A stretch of 64,000 nucleotides of DNA from positions 704,001 through 768,000 of the forward strand of contig OY781089.1 in NCBI GenBank assembly GCA_963676565.1. Direction: 5' to 3'. A program made the translations under genes and the position numbers. Source of the DNA: Halarcobacter sp. Lineage in GTDB: Bacteria > Campylobacterota > Campylobacteria > Campylobacterales > Arcobacteraceae. This document shows positions 28,454-36,713 of this stretch, one piece after another (position 1 is the first letter of the stretch; each line of letters begins with the position of its first letter). Under the pieces are notes generated by a model. It did not search any database. It had not been told where the DNA came from and was given only the letters and a program-made list of their open reading frames with translations.

Positions 28454-29194
28454 ATGAAAAAGATTTTAGTATTTGTATTTTTAGGTTTGGTATCACTTTA
28501 TGGTGAAAAGATAAATATAGCAGTTGCTGCAAATGTGAGTTATGCAATTGATGATTTAATAAAAGAGTTTAATAAATCAAATCCTGATACAGAAGTTCAA
28601 GTAACCCTTGGAAGTAGTGGAAAACTAACTGCTCAAATAAAAAATGGTGCCCCATACGATTTATTTATGGCTGCAAATATGAAATACCCTGAAGCTCTTG
28701 AAAAAGACGAGATTGCAGTTACAAAACCAATAGTTTATGCCCAAGGAAGTTTAGCAATGCTAAGTGCAAAAAAGATTGATTTTTCAAAGGGTTTAGCTCT
28801 TTTGAAAGAGGATAAAATAAAAAAAATTGCTATTGCAAATCCAAAAACTGCACCTTACGGAAAAGCAACAATTGAAGCTTTAAAAAATGCAAAGATTGAT
28901 GTTACTAAAAAGTTTGTTTATGGTGAATCTATCTCTCAAACAGTAAGTTATGCTATTACTGCGGCTGATTTAGGTTTTATTGCAAAGTCTTCATTATACA
29001 GCCCAAAAATGAAAAAGTTTGAAAAAAACTCAAATTGGGTAGATGTTGACCCCAAACTATATACGCCTATAAATCAAGGTATAGTAATATTAAGAAAAGC
29101 AAAGTCATCAAAGGATACAAAAGCATTTTATGATTTTATCCTAAGTGATAGTGCAAAAAAAATATTTAAAGAGTTTGGTTATTTGGTTCCATGA
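28454..29194 (+). CDS. modA: Molybdate ABC transporter substrate-binding protein
   Basis: AVAAN, GSSGKL..QI.NGAP.DLF, IANPKTAPYG. Confidence 0.95.
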   Translation: MKKILVFVFLGLVSLYGEKINIAVAANVSYAIDDLIKEFNKSNPDTEVQVTLGSSGKLTAQIKNGAPYDLFMAANMKYPEALEKDEIAVTKPIVYAQGSLAMLSAKKIDFSKGLALLKEDKIKKIAIANPKTAPYGKATIEALKNAKIDVTKKFVYGESISQTVSYAITAADLGFIAKSSLYSPKMKKFEKNSNWVDVDPKLYTPINQGIVILRKAKSSKDTKAFYDFILSDSAKKIFKEFGYLVP

Positions 29195-29592
29195 ATAAAT
29201 TAGAGGTAATTGTCAAAAAAATTGACGCTGTAGAGTCTTTGCATATTGTGAGTTTTGATTTCTTTGGAGTCGAGCTTAAAATGATGAGTTTAGAACTTAA
29301 TGAAAAAATATCTGTAGGAACAAAAGTTGTTCTTGCAGTAAAACCTACTCATGTTAGTTTTGCTAAAAACTTTGCTGGGCATATAAGTGTTACAAATCAG
29401 TTTAAAGCAAGAATTAAAGGTATAAATAAAGGTAAACTTCTAAGTAGTGCAATTTTTGAGGCAAAATACACTCTAATTGAATCTGTTTTTACAAGTGATA
29501 GTCTAAGGAGATTAAATCTTCAAGTAAATGATGAGTTTTTAATTCTTATAAAAGCAAGTGATATATCAATAAAGGAGATAATAAATGATTGA
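29191..29592 (+). CDS. TOBE-domain protein
   Basis: ISVTNQF...LIKASDI TOBE repeat; in the mod operon. Confidence 0.8.
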   Translation: MNKLEVIVKKIDAVESLHIVSFDFFGVELKMMSLELNEKISVGTKVVLAVKPTHVSFAKNFAGHISVTNQFKARIKGINKGKLLSSAIFEAKYTLIESVFTSDSLRRLNLQVNDEFLILIKASDISIKEIIND

Positions 29593-30268
29593 GAATTTTA
29601 ATTTTGAACCCTTTCTTATCTCTTTTAAGTTAGCTTTTTTTACAACAGTAATATTGTTTATACTAGCATTACCCCTTTCATGGTATTTATCTCAAACCAA
29701 ATCAAAATATAAACCTTTTATTGAAGCTATTACCGCATTGCCAATTGTTCTTCCCCCTTCTGTTTTAGGCTTTTATATCCTTTGGGCATTATCTTATAAT
29801 TCACCAATTGGAAACTTTTTCGAAGAAACATTTGGCATAAAACTTGTTTTCAATTTTACAGGACTTATAATAGCTAGTTGTTTTTATTCTTTGCCTTTTA
29901 TGGTACAACCCCTTCAAAGTGGCTTTGAAAGTTTAAATAAAAATATGTTAGAAGCTAGTTTTGTTGCTGGTAAAGGTAAAATTGAAACTATATTTAAAAT
30001 AGCTATTCCAAATATAAAACCAGCATTATTAACAGCTATTATTGTAACATTTGCACATACTGTTGGTGAGTTTGGAGTTGTTTTAATGGTGGGAGGAAGT
30101 ATCCCCGGAGAAACGAAGGTAGCCTCAGTTGCTATTTATGAATTTGTTGAGATTATGGATTATACGTCAGCTCACATTTATAGTGGGATTATGATTGTTA
30201 TTAGTTTTTTAGTATTGCTTAGCGTGTATATCTTTAATCAAAAACAAAATAAAAAATTTGGTATTTAA
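29585..30268 (+). CDS. modB: Molybdate ABC transporter permease
   Basis: LPIVLPPSVLGF, FAHTVGEFG, GGSIPGET. Confidence 0.95.
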   Translation: MIENFNFEPFLISFKLAFFTTVILFILALPLSWYLSQTKSKYKPFIEAITALPIVLPPSVLGFYILWALSYNSPIGNFFEETFGIKLVFNFTGLIIASCFYSLPFMVQPLQSGFESLNKNMLEASFVAGKGKIETIFKIAIPNIKPALLTAIIVTFAHTVGEFGVVLMVGGSIPGETKVASVAIYEFVEIMDYTSAHIYSGIMIVISFLVLLSVYIFNQKQNKKFGI

Positions 30269-30278
30269 AGAGAAAATT

Positions 30279-30956
30279 ATGAAACTTGAAAATAAAAAAC
30301 TTATTATATTTGATTTTGATGGAACTTTAATTGATAGTGCCCCTGATTTAACTGAGGCAGTTAATTATATGCGTGAGAAACTTCATATGGAGCCTGTTTC
30401 TATTGAAAGTGTAAGGCTATGGATTGGAAATGGTGCTTCAAAACTTGTAAAAAGAGCCTTATGTAGTAATGTAGTTGTAGATAAAGAAAAATTTAATGAA
30501 GAGGTTTTTACAAAAGCTTTAGGATATTTCTTTGACCATTACTCTTTAAATGTTGCAAAGCATACAACACTTTATGAGGGAGTAGAAGAGACCTTAGATG
30601 AGTTAAAAGAAAAAAAATATAGTTTTGCTATAGCTACAAATAAACCCCACGAATTTATTGAACCAATTTTAGAAAAATTTGAATTAAAATCATATTTTAA
30701 ACTTTATCTTGGTGGAAATAGCGTTGAAAAGAAAAAGCCAGATCCTATGATGTTACTTAGAATTTGTGAAGAGTTAGGCCATTCAGTTGAAGAGAGTGTT
30801 ATGATTGGTGATTCTAAAAATGACATATTATCAGCAAAAAATGCAAATATGGATTCAATTGCTATGACCTATGGTTATAACTATGATGAGGATATAAAAA
30901 TTTATGAACCAAATATAATATGTGATAAATTCAAGCAGTTAAATGAGGTTTTATAG
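30279..30956 (+). CDS. gph: Phosphoglycolate phosphatase (HAD family)
   Basis: FDFDGTLIDSAPDL, ATNKP, KKPDP, MIGDSKND; start moved to MKLENK. Confidence 0.85.
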   Translation: MKLENKKLIIFDFDGTLIDSAPDLTEAVNYMREKLHMEPVSIESVRLWIGNGASKLVKRALCSNVVVDKEKFNEEVFTKALGYFFDHYSLNVAKHTTLYEGVEETLDELKEKKYSFAIATNKPHEFIEPILEKFELKSYFKLYLGGNSVEKKKPDPMMLLRICEELGHSVEESVMIGDSKNDILSAKNANMDSIAMTYGYNYDEDIKIYEPNIICDKFKQLNEVL

Positions 30957-30961
30957 TTTAG

Positions 30962-32404
30962 ATGCAAGAGAAGATGAAGATTGCAATTATTGGTGCAGGA
31001 ATAGCAGGTAGTACAGCGGCAATTTATTTAGGAAAATTAGGTCTTGATATAACTTTATTTGAAAGGGGAAACTCAATAGTTAGTGGTCCTCCCTTTTGTC
31101 ATCTACATGCAGGTGGTAACCTTTATCGTGAGATATCTGATGAAGCTTGTGTAACTTTATTAAAAGAATCAATTGAGTTATTAAGAATGTATCCACAAGT
31201 AATTGATTATAGACCAACAGTTTTAGCTATACCTACCGTTGATAATGGTGAAGCAAAAGATCTGTTTAAAAGACTTGATATTTTAAAAGAAGAGTATAGA
31301 AAACTTGTAGATGAAGATGTTAAAAATGAAGTTCTAGGGAAAGTTGAAGATTATTATAAGGTTTATTCAAAAGAAGAATTAAAAAAATTAAAAGAGAAAA
31401 AGACTGAAAAAAACCCTAAAAGTTTTGATGAGTGGATGATCCCTGTTGCAAAAAATGTAGACCTTGATAAAATAAAAGATACCTTGATAATGGTACAAGA
31501 ATATGGTTTAAATATTTTTAGATTAAGTGCAAGTGCTAAAATGACCTTAGATGAAATGTCAAATGTAAATATTAAACTAAATACTACAGTTTCCAATATT
31601 ATAGAAGATGAAAGTCTAAAAAACTTTGTAATTGAGTTTAAAAATGATGAGCTAATAAATGAACAAAGATTTGATTATATAATCAATGCCGCAGGTTTTA
31701 GAACAGGTAAGATTGATGACATGCTTAAAGTAAAGGCTAAAAGATTAGTTGAGTTTAAATCTGCATATGTTAGTAAATGGAATGACTGTGATACTATTTG
31801 GCCAGAGGTTATTTTTTATGGGACAAGGGGAACACCACAAGGAATGGCTCAATTTACACCATATCCAAATGGCCATTTTCAAATACATGGGATGACAGAA
31901 GAGATTACATTATTCAAAAATGGTCTAGCAAAAAGTTGTGAAAATAGTTCTCAACCAAAATTAGAAAAAAAGTTTGTGAAAAAGATTACCCAAGGTTGGG
32001 AAAAGTCTGACATAGAAAATAGAACAAAAAGTGCAATTAATTATATTAATCAATTTATCCCAAGTTTCAAAAATGTAGAGGTTGCTTCTAAACCTTTATA
32101 TGGAGCTCAACAAATCCCAGGTGATGAGGTTAGTTTAAGAACCGCTGATGTATGTTTTGAGAGTGAAAGATATGCAAGATGTGAGATTGTAAAAGCCTCG
32201 TCGGTTTTAACCATGAGTGATATGATAATCAAAAGTTTAATAAATCTTTCTGCCCTTCCTAATGATATTTATAAAAATAGAACTCAAATTTTTGATAAGT
32301 TTCAAAATAAAGAGAAATTAGATTCTTTATCAAAAGAGATTGCAAAACAAAGGGATTATCCAGAAGACTTAGCAATGCTTATAAATGACAAAAAACTTAA
32401 TTAG
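30962..32404 (+). CDS. FAD-dependent oxidoreductase of unknown substrate
   Basis: IAIIGAGIAG Rossmann motif, CHLHAGGNLYREI. Confidence 0.8.
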   Translation: MQEKMKIAIIGAGIAGSTAAIYLGKLGLDITLFERGNSIVSGPPFCHLHAGGNLYREISDEACVTLLKESIELLRMYPQVIDYRPTVLAIPTVDNGEAKDLFKRLDILKEEYRKLVDEDVKNEVLGKVEDYYKVYSKEELKKLKEKKTEKNPKSFDEWMIPVAKNVDLDKIKDTLIMVQEYGLNIFRLSASAKMTLDEMSNVNIKLNTTVSNIIEDESLKNFVIEFKNDELINEQRFDYIINAAGFRTGKIDDMLKVKAKRLVEFKSAYVSKWNDCDTIWPEVIFYGTRGTPQGMAQFTPYPNGHFQIHGMTEEITLFKNGLAKSCENSSQPKLEKKFVKKITQGWEKSDIENRTKSAINYINQFIPSFKNVEVASKPLYGAQQIPGDEVSLRTADVCFESERYARCEIVKASSVLTMSDMIIKSLINLSALPNDIYKNRTQIFDKFQNKEKLDSLSKEIAKQRDYPEDLAMLINDKKLN

Positions 32405-32413
32405 GCCTAATAA

Positions 32414-33262
32414 ATGATACAAATAGATATAAAAAAACAGCTTCATGGCTCAAACGGTCAGATGCTTTTAGATGTAAACCTTGAGATAAAAAAAGGGGAC
32501 TTTATAGCATTAAGTGGTTTGAGTGGAAGTGGAAAGACAACACTTTTGAGAATCCTTGCTGGACTTGAAGATGGTAATGGTGTAATTAAGATTGATGATA
32601 AAATCTGGTTAGATGAAAAAATCAAACTTCCAACACAAAAAAGAGAGATAGGTTTTGTTTTTCAAGATTATGCCTTGTTCCCTAATATGACAGTTCTTGA
32701 AAACCTACTTTTTGTAAAAAAAGATTTAGACTTAGCAAATCATTTACTTGAAATTACAGAATTAAGTGAATTAAAAAAAAGATTACCAAATATGTTAAGT
32801 GGTGGACAAAAACAGCGTGTTAGTTTATGTAGAGCTTTGATGAATCGACCAAAACTTTTACTCATGGATGAGCCTTTGTCTGCTTTAGATCCAGCTATGA
32901 GAACAAAACTTCAAAATGAGATCTTGCAACTACATAAAGAGTTTGAAACAACTACAATTATGGTAAGTCATGATCCAAGTGAAATATATAGATTAAGTAA
33001 TCGTGTTTTAGTTTTAAATCAAGGAAAGATTATTGATGATGGTGATGCTAAAAAAGTACTTCTAAAAACAACAGGTAGTGCAAAGTTTTCCTTTGAAGGG
33101 GAGCTTTTGGAAATTGTGAAAATGGATGTGATTTATGTGGCAATTGTATCTATTGGACAACAATTAGTTGAAATTGTTATTAGTCAAGAGGAAGCTTCTA
33201 ATCTTGAAATTGGACAAAAAGTAAATGTAAGTACAAAAGCATTTGCTCCAATAATCTCTTAA
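32414..33262 (+). CDS. modC: Molybdate ABC transporter ATPase
   Basis: GLSGSGKT, LSGGQKQR, LLMDEP, C-terminal TOBE; mod context. Confidence 0.88.
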   Translation: MIQIDIKKQLHGSNGQMLLDVNLEIKKGDFIALSGLSGSGKTTLLRILAGLEDGNGVIKIDDKIWLDEKIKLPTQKREIGFVFQDYALFPNMTVLENLLFVKKDLDLANHLLEITELSELKKRLPNMLSGGQKQRVSLCRALMNRPKLLLMDEPLSALDPAMRTKLQNEILQLHKEFETTTIMVSHDPSEIYRLSNRVLVLNQGKIIDDGDAKKVLLKTTGSAKFSFEGELLEIVKMDVIYVAIVSIGQQLVEIVISQEEASNLEIGQKVNVSTKAFAPIIS

Positions 33263-33294
33263 TCTACAAAATTGTAAGTTAAAATAATAGTTCA

Positions 33295-33310
33295 AGGAAC
33301 ATCATTTGCA
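33295..33310 (+). promoter_or_regulatory. sigma-54 promoter of a small ORF
   Basis: AGGAACATCATTTGCA. Confidence 0.72.
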
Positions 33311-33333
33311 TTATCCTTATTAAAAAAGGAGAG

Positions 33334-33432
33334 ATGATGTTTTTACTTGAACAATTTCTATTACCTGGTATTTTAGTGTGTTACACAGCAGGTGTAATTA
33401 TTTATACAAATTACAAATACAAAAACTCATAA
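33334..33432 (+). CDS. 32 aa single-TM small protein (MMFLLEQFLLPGILVCYTAGVIIYTNYKYKNS), absent from ORF track
   Basis: AAGGAG RBS, sigma-54 site directly upstream, hydrophobic core with basic tail. Confidence 0.7.
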   Translation: MMFLLEQFLLPGILVCYTAGVIIYTNYKYKNS

Positions 33433-33438
33433 ATTCAG

Positions 33439-33454
33439 TGGAACACTTCTTGCA
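33439..33454 (+). promoter_or_regulatory. sigma-54 promoter
   Basis: TGGAACACTTCTTGCA; the 15 nt GGAACACTTCTTGCA is identical to the nifN site. Confidence 0.88.
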
Positions 33455-33464
33455 TATATCTTTA

Positions 33465-33528
33465 TAACCTTTTGTAAATTAGATTTCATTAGAGTAAGGA
33501 ATTAATGTCTCCTTACTCTTTTGTTTTT
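33465..33528 (+). ncRNA. Candidate sigma-54-dependent sRNA or attenuated leader (about 64 nt)
   Basis: Promoter followed by a perfect 10-bp stem AGAGTAAGGA/TCCTTACTCT and a T-tract, with no ORF between. Confidence 0.5.
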
Positions 33529-33591
33529 ATACAATATTTACATTAGTGAAAGTAGTCTCTTAGAATTGGGACAATTTATGAGGATATTTTT

Positions 33592-34701
33592 ATGGCTGAA
33601 GCTACATTTGATGACACATTAAATTTTGCAAAAAAATTCAAAAATTATAAAGACTTTTATATAAAACACAACAATTTAATATTTTCTAAACTTGGTCTTG
33701 GAACTTTTAATAAAGAACCTTATAAAGAGGAGAATTATGTATTTCATTATATTGAAGGTGTAAAAGAAGCTATTAGAAGTGGAATAAATCTCATAGATAC
33801 AGCAAGTAATTATAGATATGGACAAAGTGAAAAAGAGATAGGAATAGCATTAAAAGAATTATTAGATGAAGATGAGATTAAGAGAGAAGAGTTAATAATC
33901 TGCTCAAAGGGTGGTTTTATACAATTAGATTATCCCTTTCCTGAAAATCCTTATTTATGGATTGATGAAAATATTATACAAACTAAATTAGCAACAAAAG
34001 ATGATATAGAATTAGACCAACACTGTATGACGCCAGATTTTTTAGAGTGGTCATGTAAAAAATCATTAGAAAATGTAGCAATAGATTGTTTTGATATCTA
34101 TTATTTGCACAATCCTGAGATGCAAATCTTAAAACTTGGTTATGACAAGTTCCTAAAAAAAATTGAATCAATATTTAAACGATTTGAAAAAATGGTAACT
34201 ATGGGGCTTATGAAAAACTATGGTGTTGCTGTATGGAATGGGTTTATTAGTGAAATTAGTGGAGAAAATATCAATTTAGAAGATTTGGTTAATATTGCCA
34301 GAAAAGTTGGTGGAGAAAACCACCATTTTAAATATATTCAAACCCCTTTTAATATTGGGAAAACTACAATTTACACAATACCAACACAAAAAGTAAATGG
34401 GGAAGAGTGTACTTTATTACAAGCTGCCCATAGATTGGGAATAGGTGTTGTTTCAAGTTCATCTTTGCTTCAAATGAATCTATTTAAAAAATCATTCAAA
34501 CCAGAAACTGGTTACCTATTAGATTCAAAAATGGTTTTAGAAAATGATATTCAATTAGCACTACAATTTGTACGTTCAACTCCAGGAATAATTAGTTCAC
34601 TTTTTGCTTCAAAAGCCCCTATTCATATAAAAAAGAACTTAGAGATTACAAAAATAAAAGCTACTCCTAGAGCAAATTATGACTTAATGTATAGAGTTTA
34701 A
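33592..34701 (+). CDS. Aldo/keto reductase
   Basis: LGLGT, NLIDTASNY, CSKGG, YYLHNPE (D-Y-K-H tetrad). Confidence 0.9.
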   Translation: MAEATFDDTLNFAKKFKNYKDFYIKHNNLIFSKLGLGTFNKEPYKEENYVFHYIEGVKEAIRSGINLIDTASNYRYGQSEKEIGIALKELLDEDEIKREELIICSKGGFIQLDYPFPENPYLWIDENIIQTKLATKDDIELDQHCMTPDFLEWSCKKSLENVAIDCFDIYYLHNPEMQILKLGYDKFLKKIESIFKRFEKMVTMGLMKNYGVAVWNGFISEISGENINLEDLVNIARKVGGENHHFKYIQTPFNIGKTTIYTIPTQKVNGEECTLLQAAHRLGIGVVSSSSLLQMNLFKKSFKPETGYLLDSKMVLENDIQLALQFVRSTPGIISSLFASKAPIHIKKNLEITKIKATPRANYDLMYRV

Positions 34702-34711
34702 GAAGTTTGCG

Positions 34712-36358
34712 ATGATTTATGATGTAATTGTAGTTGGTGGAGGTGTAGCTGGACTTATGGCTGCAATTGAAGCTAAAACCCAAACAAATAAAGTGGCAAT
34801 AATTACTAAAGGTAATATCTTTAAATCAAACTCCTCTATGGCAAGTGGTGGAATTAATGCTGTTTTAGATTCAAATGATAAAGAAGCAATTCAATCCCAT
34901 ATAAATGATACTTACAAATCTTCCAAAGGCTTAGGAGATTTAAAATCAATTACATATATGTGTAATCAAGCTTCAGAGATTATATCTAAACTGGTAAGTT
35001 TCGGAGTCCCTTTTAATAGAAATGAAAAAGGAGATATTGCACAACGTCCATTTGGTGGTGCAGGGAAAGATAGAACTTGTTATGTTGGAGATAAAACTGG
35101 TGGAGCAATCACACAAGCACTTATAAAAAAAGCTAAATCATTAGGGATTGTTTTTTTAGTAAATAGATATGTTTTAAATTTAACTACCCATGAAAAAACA
35201 ATTAGTGGGGTTACTGTTTTAAGAAGAAGTGACTCAATGGTAATTGTTCATCCTGCAAAAGCAATAGTTCTTGCTGGTGGGGGTTATGCTGGGATTTTTA
35301 GAGGAAACTCGACAAATGCACAAGATTATACAGGTGATCTTTTAGCTGTTTGTTTAAGAGCTGGATTAAGTTTAAAAGATATGGAATTTATTCAATTCCA
35401 TCCAACGGGAATTGCTAAAACAAATTATCTAGTTACAGAAGCTGCCAGAGGTGAAGGTGGTTACTTAATCAATAGTGATGGTGAAAGATTTGTAAATGAA
35501 CTTGATACTAGAGATAAGATTGCAAAAGCGATATTAGAACAAAAACAAAAAGGACAAAAGGTATTTATTGATTTAAGACATTTACCCCTAGAAAAAATTG
35601 AAACAAAACTACCTTCTCTTTATTCTGTTGCTTATAATCAAGTTGGCGTAAATTTAAGTCAAGATTTACTTGAGATTAAACCAGTTGCCCATTATACAAT
35701 GGGTGGTGTTGAAACAAATATGACGAAAACAAAAATAAAAGGTTTATATGCCTGTGGTGAGATGGCTTGTGAAGGTCTTCATGGTGCAAATAGACTTGGA
35801 GGAAACTCTTTATTAGAAGGAACTGTCTTTGGAGAACTAGCTGGAAAAAAAGCTTTAGAGTATTCTAAAAAAACTGATTTTTTACCAATAGATTACAATT
35901 ATGTAATAAAAGATATTGAAAATATTGACAAGCTATTTCAAGGGGATACTTCAAAAAACTTTAATGCAATTAGAATCTCCCTTGGTAATTCTATGTTTAA
36001 TGATGTAGGGATTTTAAGAACTAAAGATTCTCTTGTTAGAGCATTTGATTATGCAAAGTATTTAAGAAATCAGTCTTATTCTCTTCATTGTATAAATAAA
36101 GAAAAAAGAAATAATGTGGAACTTGTTTCTATATTAGAGTTAAGAAATGCACTTGAGGTATCTGAAGCTATAATTTTATCAGCTAAAAAAAGAAAAGAGA
36201 GTAGAGGAAGCCACCATAGAAGTGATTTTACTAAAACAGATGAAAGTTTTTCCAAGTCCATTTTAGTAAAAGAGTTTCAAAAAGGTTTTTTCAAAGTAGA
36301 ACTTGAAGATAAAAGTTTTCTATCAACAGTTAGAAACCTTATAATAAATAAAGTGTAG
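34712..36358 (+). CDS. SdhA/FrdA/NadB-family flavoprotein (stand-alone)
   Basis: GGGVAG, QFHPT, TEAARGEGG, HYTMGG, HGANRLGGNSL, ESRGSH. Confidence 0.88.
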   Translation: MIYDVIVVGGGVAGLMAAIEAKTQTNKVAIITKGNIFKSNSSMASGGINAVLDSNDKEAIQSHINDTYKSSKGLGDLKSITYMCNQASEIISKLVSFGVPFNRNEKGDIAQRPFGGAGKDRTCYVGDKTGGAITQALIKKAKSLGIVFLVNRYVLNLTTHEKTISGVTVLRRSDSMVIVHPAKAIVLAGGGYAGIFRGNSTNAQDYTGDLLAVCLRAGLSLKDMEFIQFHPTGIAKTNYLVTEAARGEGGYLINSDGERFVNELDTRDKIAKAILEQKQKGQKVFIDLRHLPLEKIETKLPSLYSVAYNQVGVNLSQDLLEIKPVAHYTMGGVETNMTKTKIKGLYACGEMACEGLHGANRLGGNSLLEGTVFGELAGKKALEYSKKTDFLPIDYNYVIKDIENIDKLFQGDTSKNFNAIRISLGNSMFNDVGILRTKDSLVRAFDYAKYLRNQSYSLHCINKEKRNNVELVSILELRNALEVSEAIILSAKKRKESRGSHHRSDFTKTDESFSKSILVKEFQKGFFKVELEDKSFLSTVRNLIINKV

Positions 36359-36385
36359 ATAAATTTTAAAAGGAGAAAATTAAAA

Positions 36386-36595
36386 ATGGCAAAAGTTATG
36401 TTAAGAGAGAGTGAAGGGGTTATCTATTTTTATGTTGCAAAAAAAGATATGGAAGAGACAATAGAAACACTAGAGTTTGATAGTGAAGAGAAATGGGGTG
36501 GAGAGTGTGAATTATCTAATGGTGAAACATGGTGGATACAACCTGGACCTAAAAACTTACCTAAAGAAGAAGTTTGTAAAAAAATTGCTGACTAG
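36386..36595 (+). CDS. nifT: Nitrogen fixation protein NifT/FixU
   Basis: KVMLR...YVAKKDMEE...WGG...LSNG. Confidence 0.92.
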   Translation: MAKVMLRESEGVIYFYVAKKDMEETIETLEFDSEEKWGGECELSNGETWWIQPGPKNLPKEEVCKKIAD

Positions 36596-36624
36596 TTGAA
36601 TAAATATTCAGATTGACTAAATAT

Positions 36625-36660
36625 TGAACAGTTTTTAATAACGAAACTGTTCACTTTCTT
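36625..36660 (+). terminator. Hairpin/terminator between nifT and nifA
   Basis: TGAACAGTTT-N9-AAACTGTTCA then CTTTCTT. Confidence 0.55.
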
Positions 36661-36713
36661 ATATACTAATAATGTGTAGTAAAATCTAATTTAATCCCCA
36701 AAAAGGACGTCAA

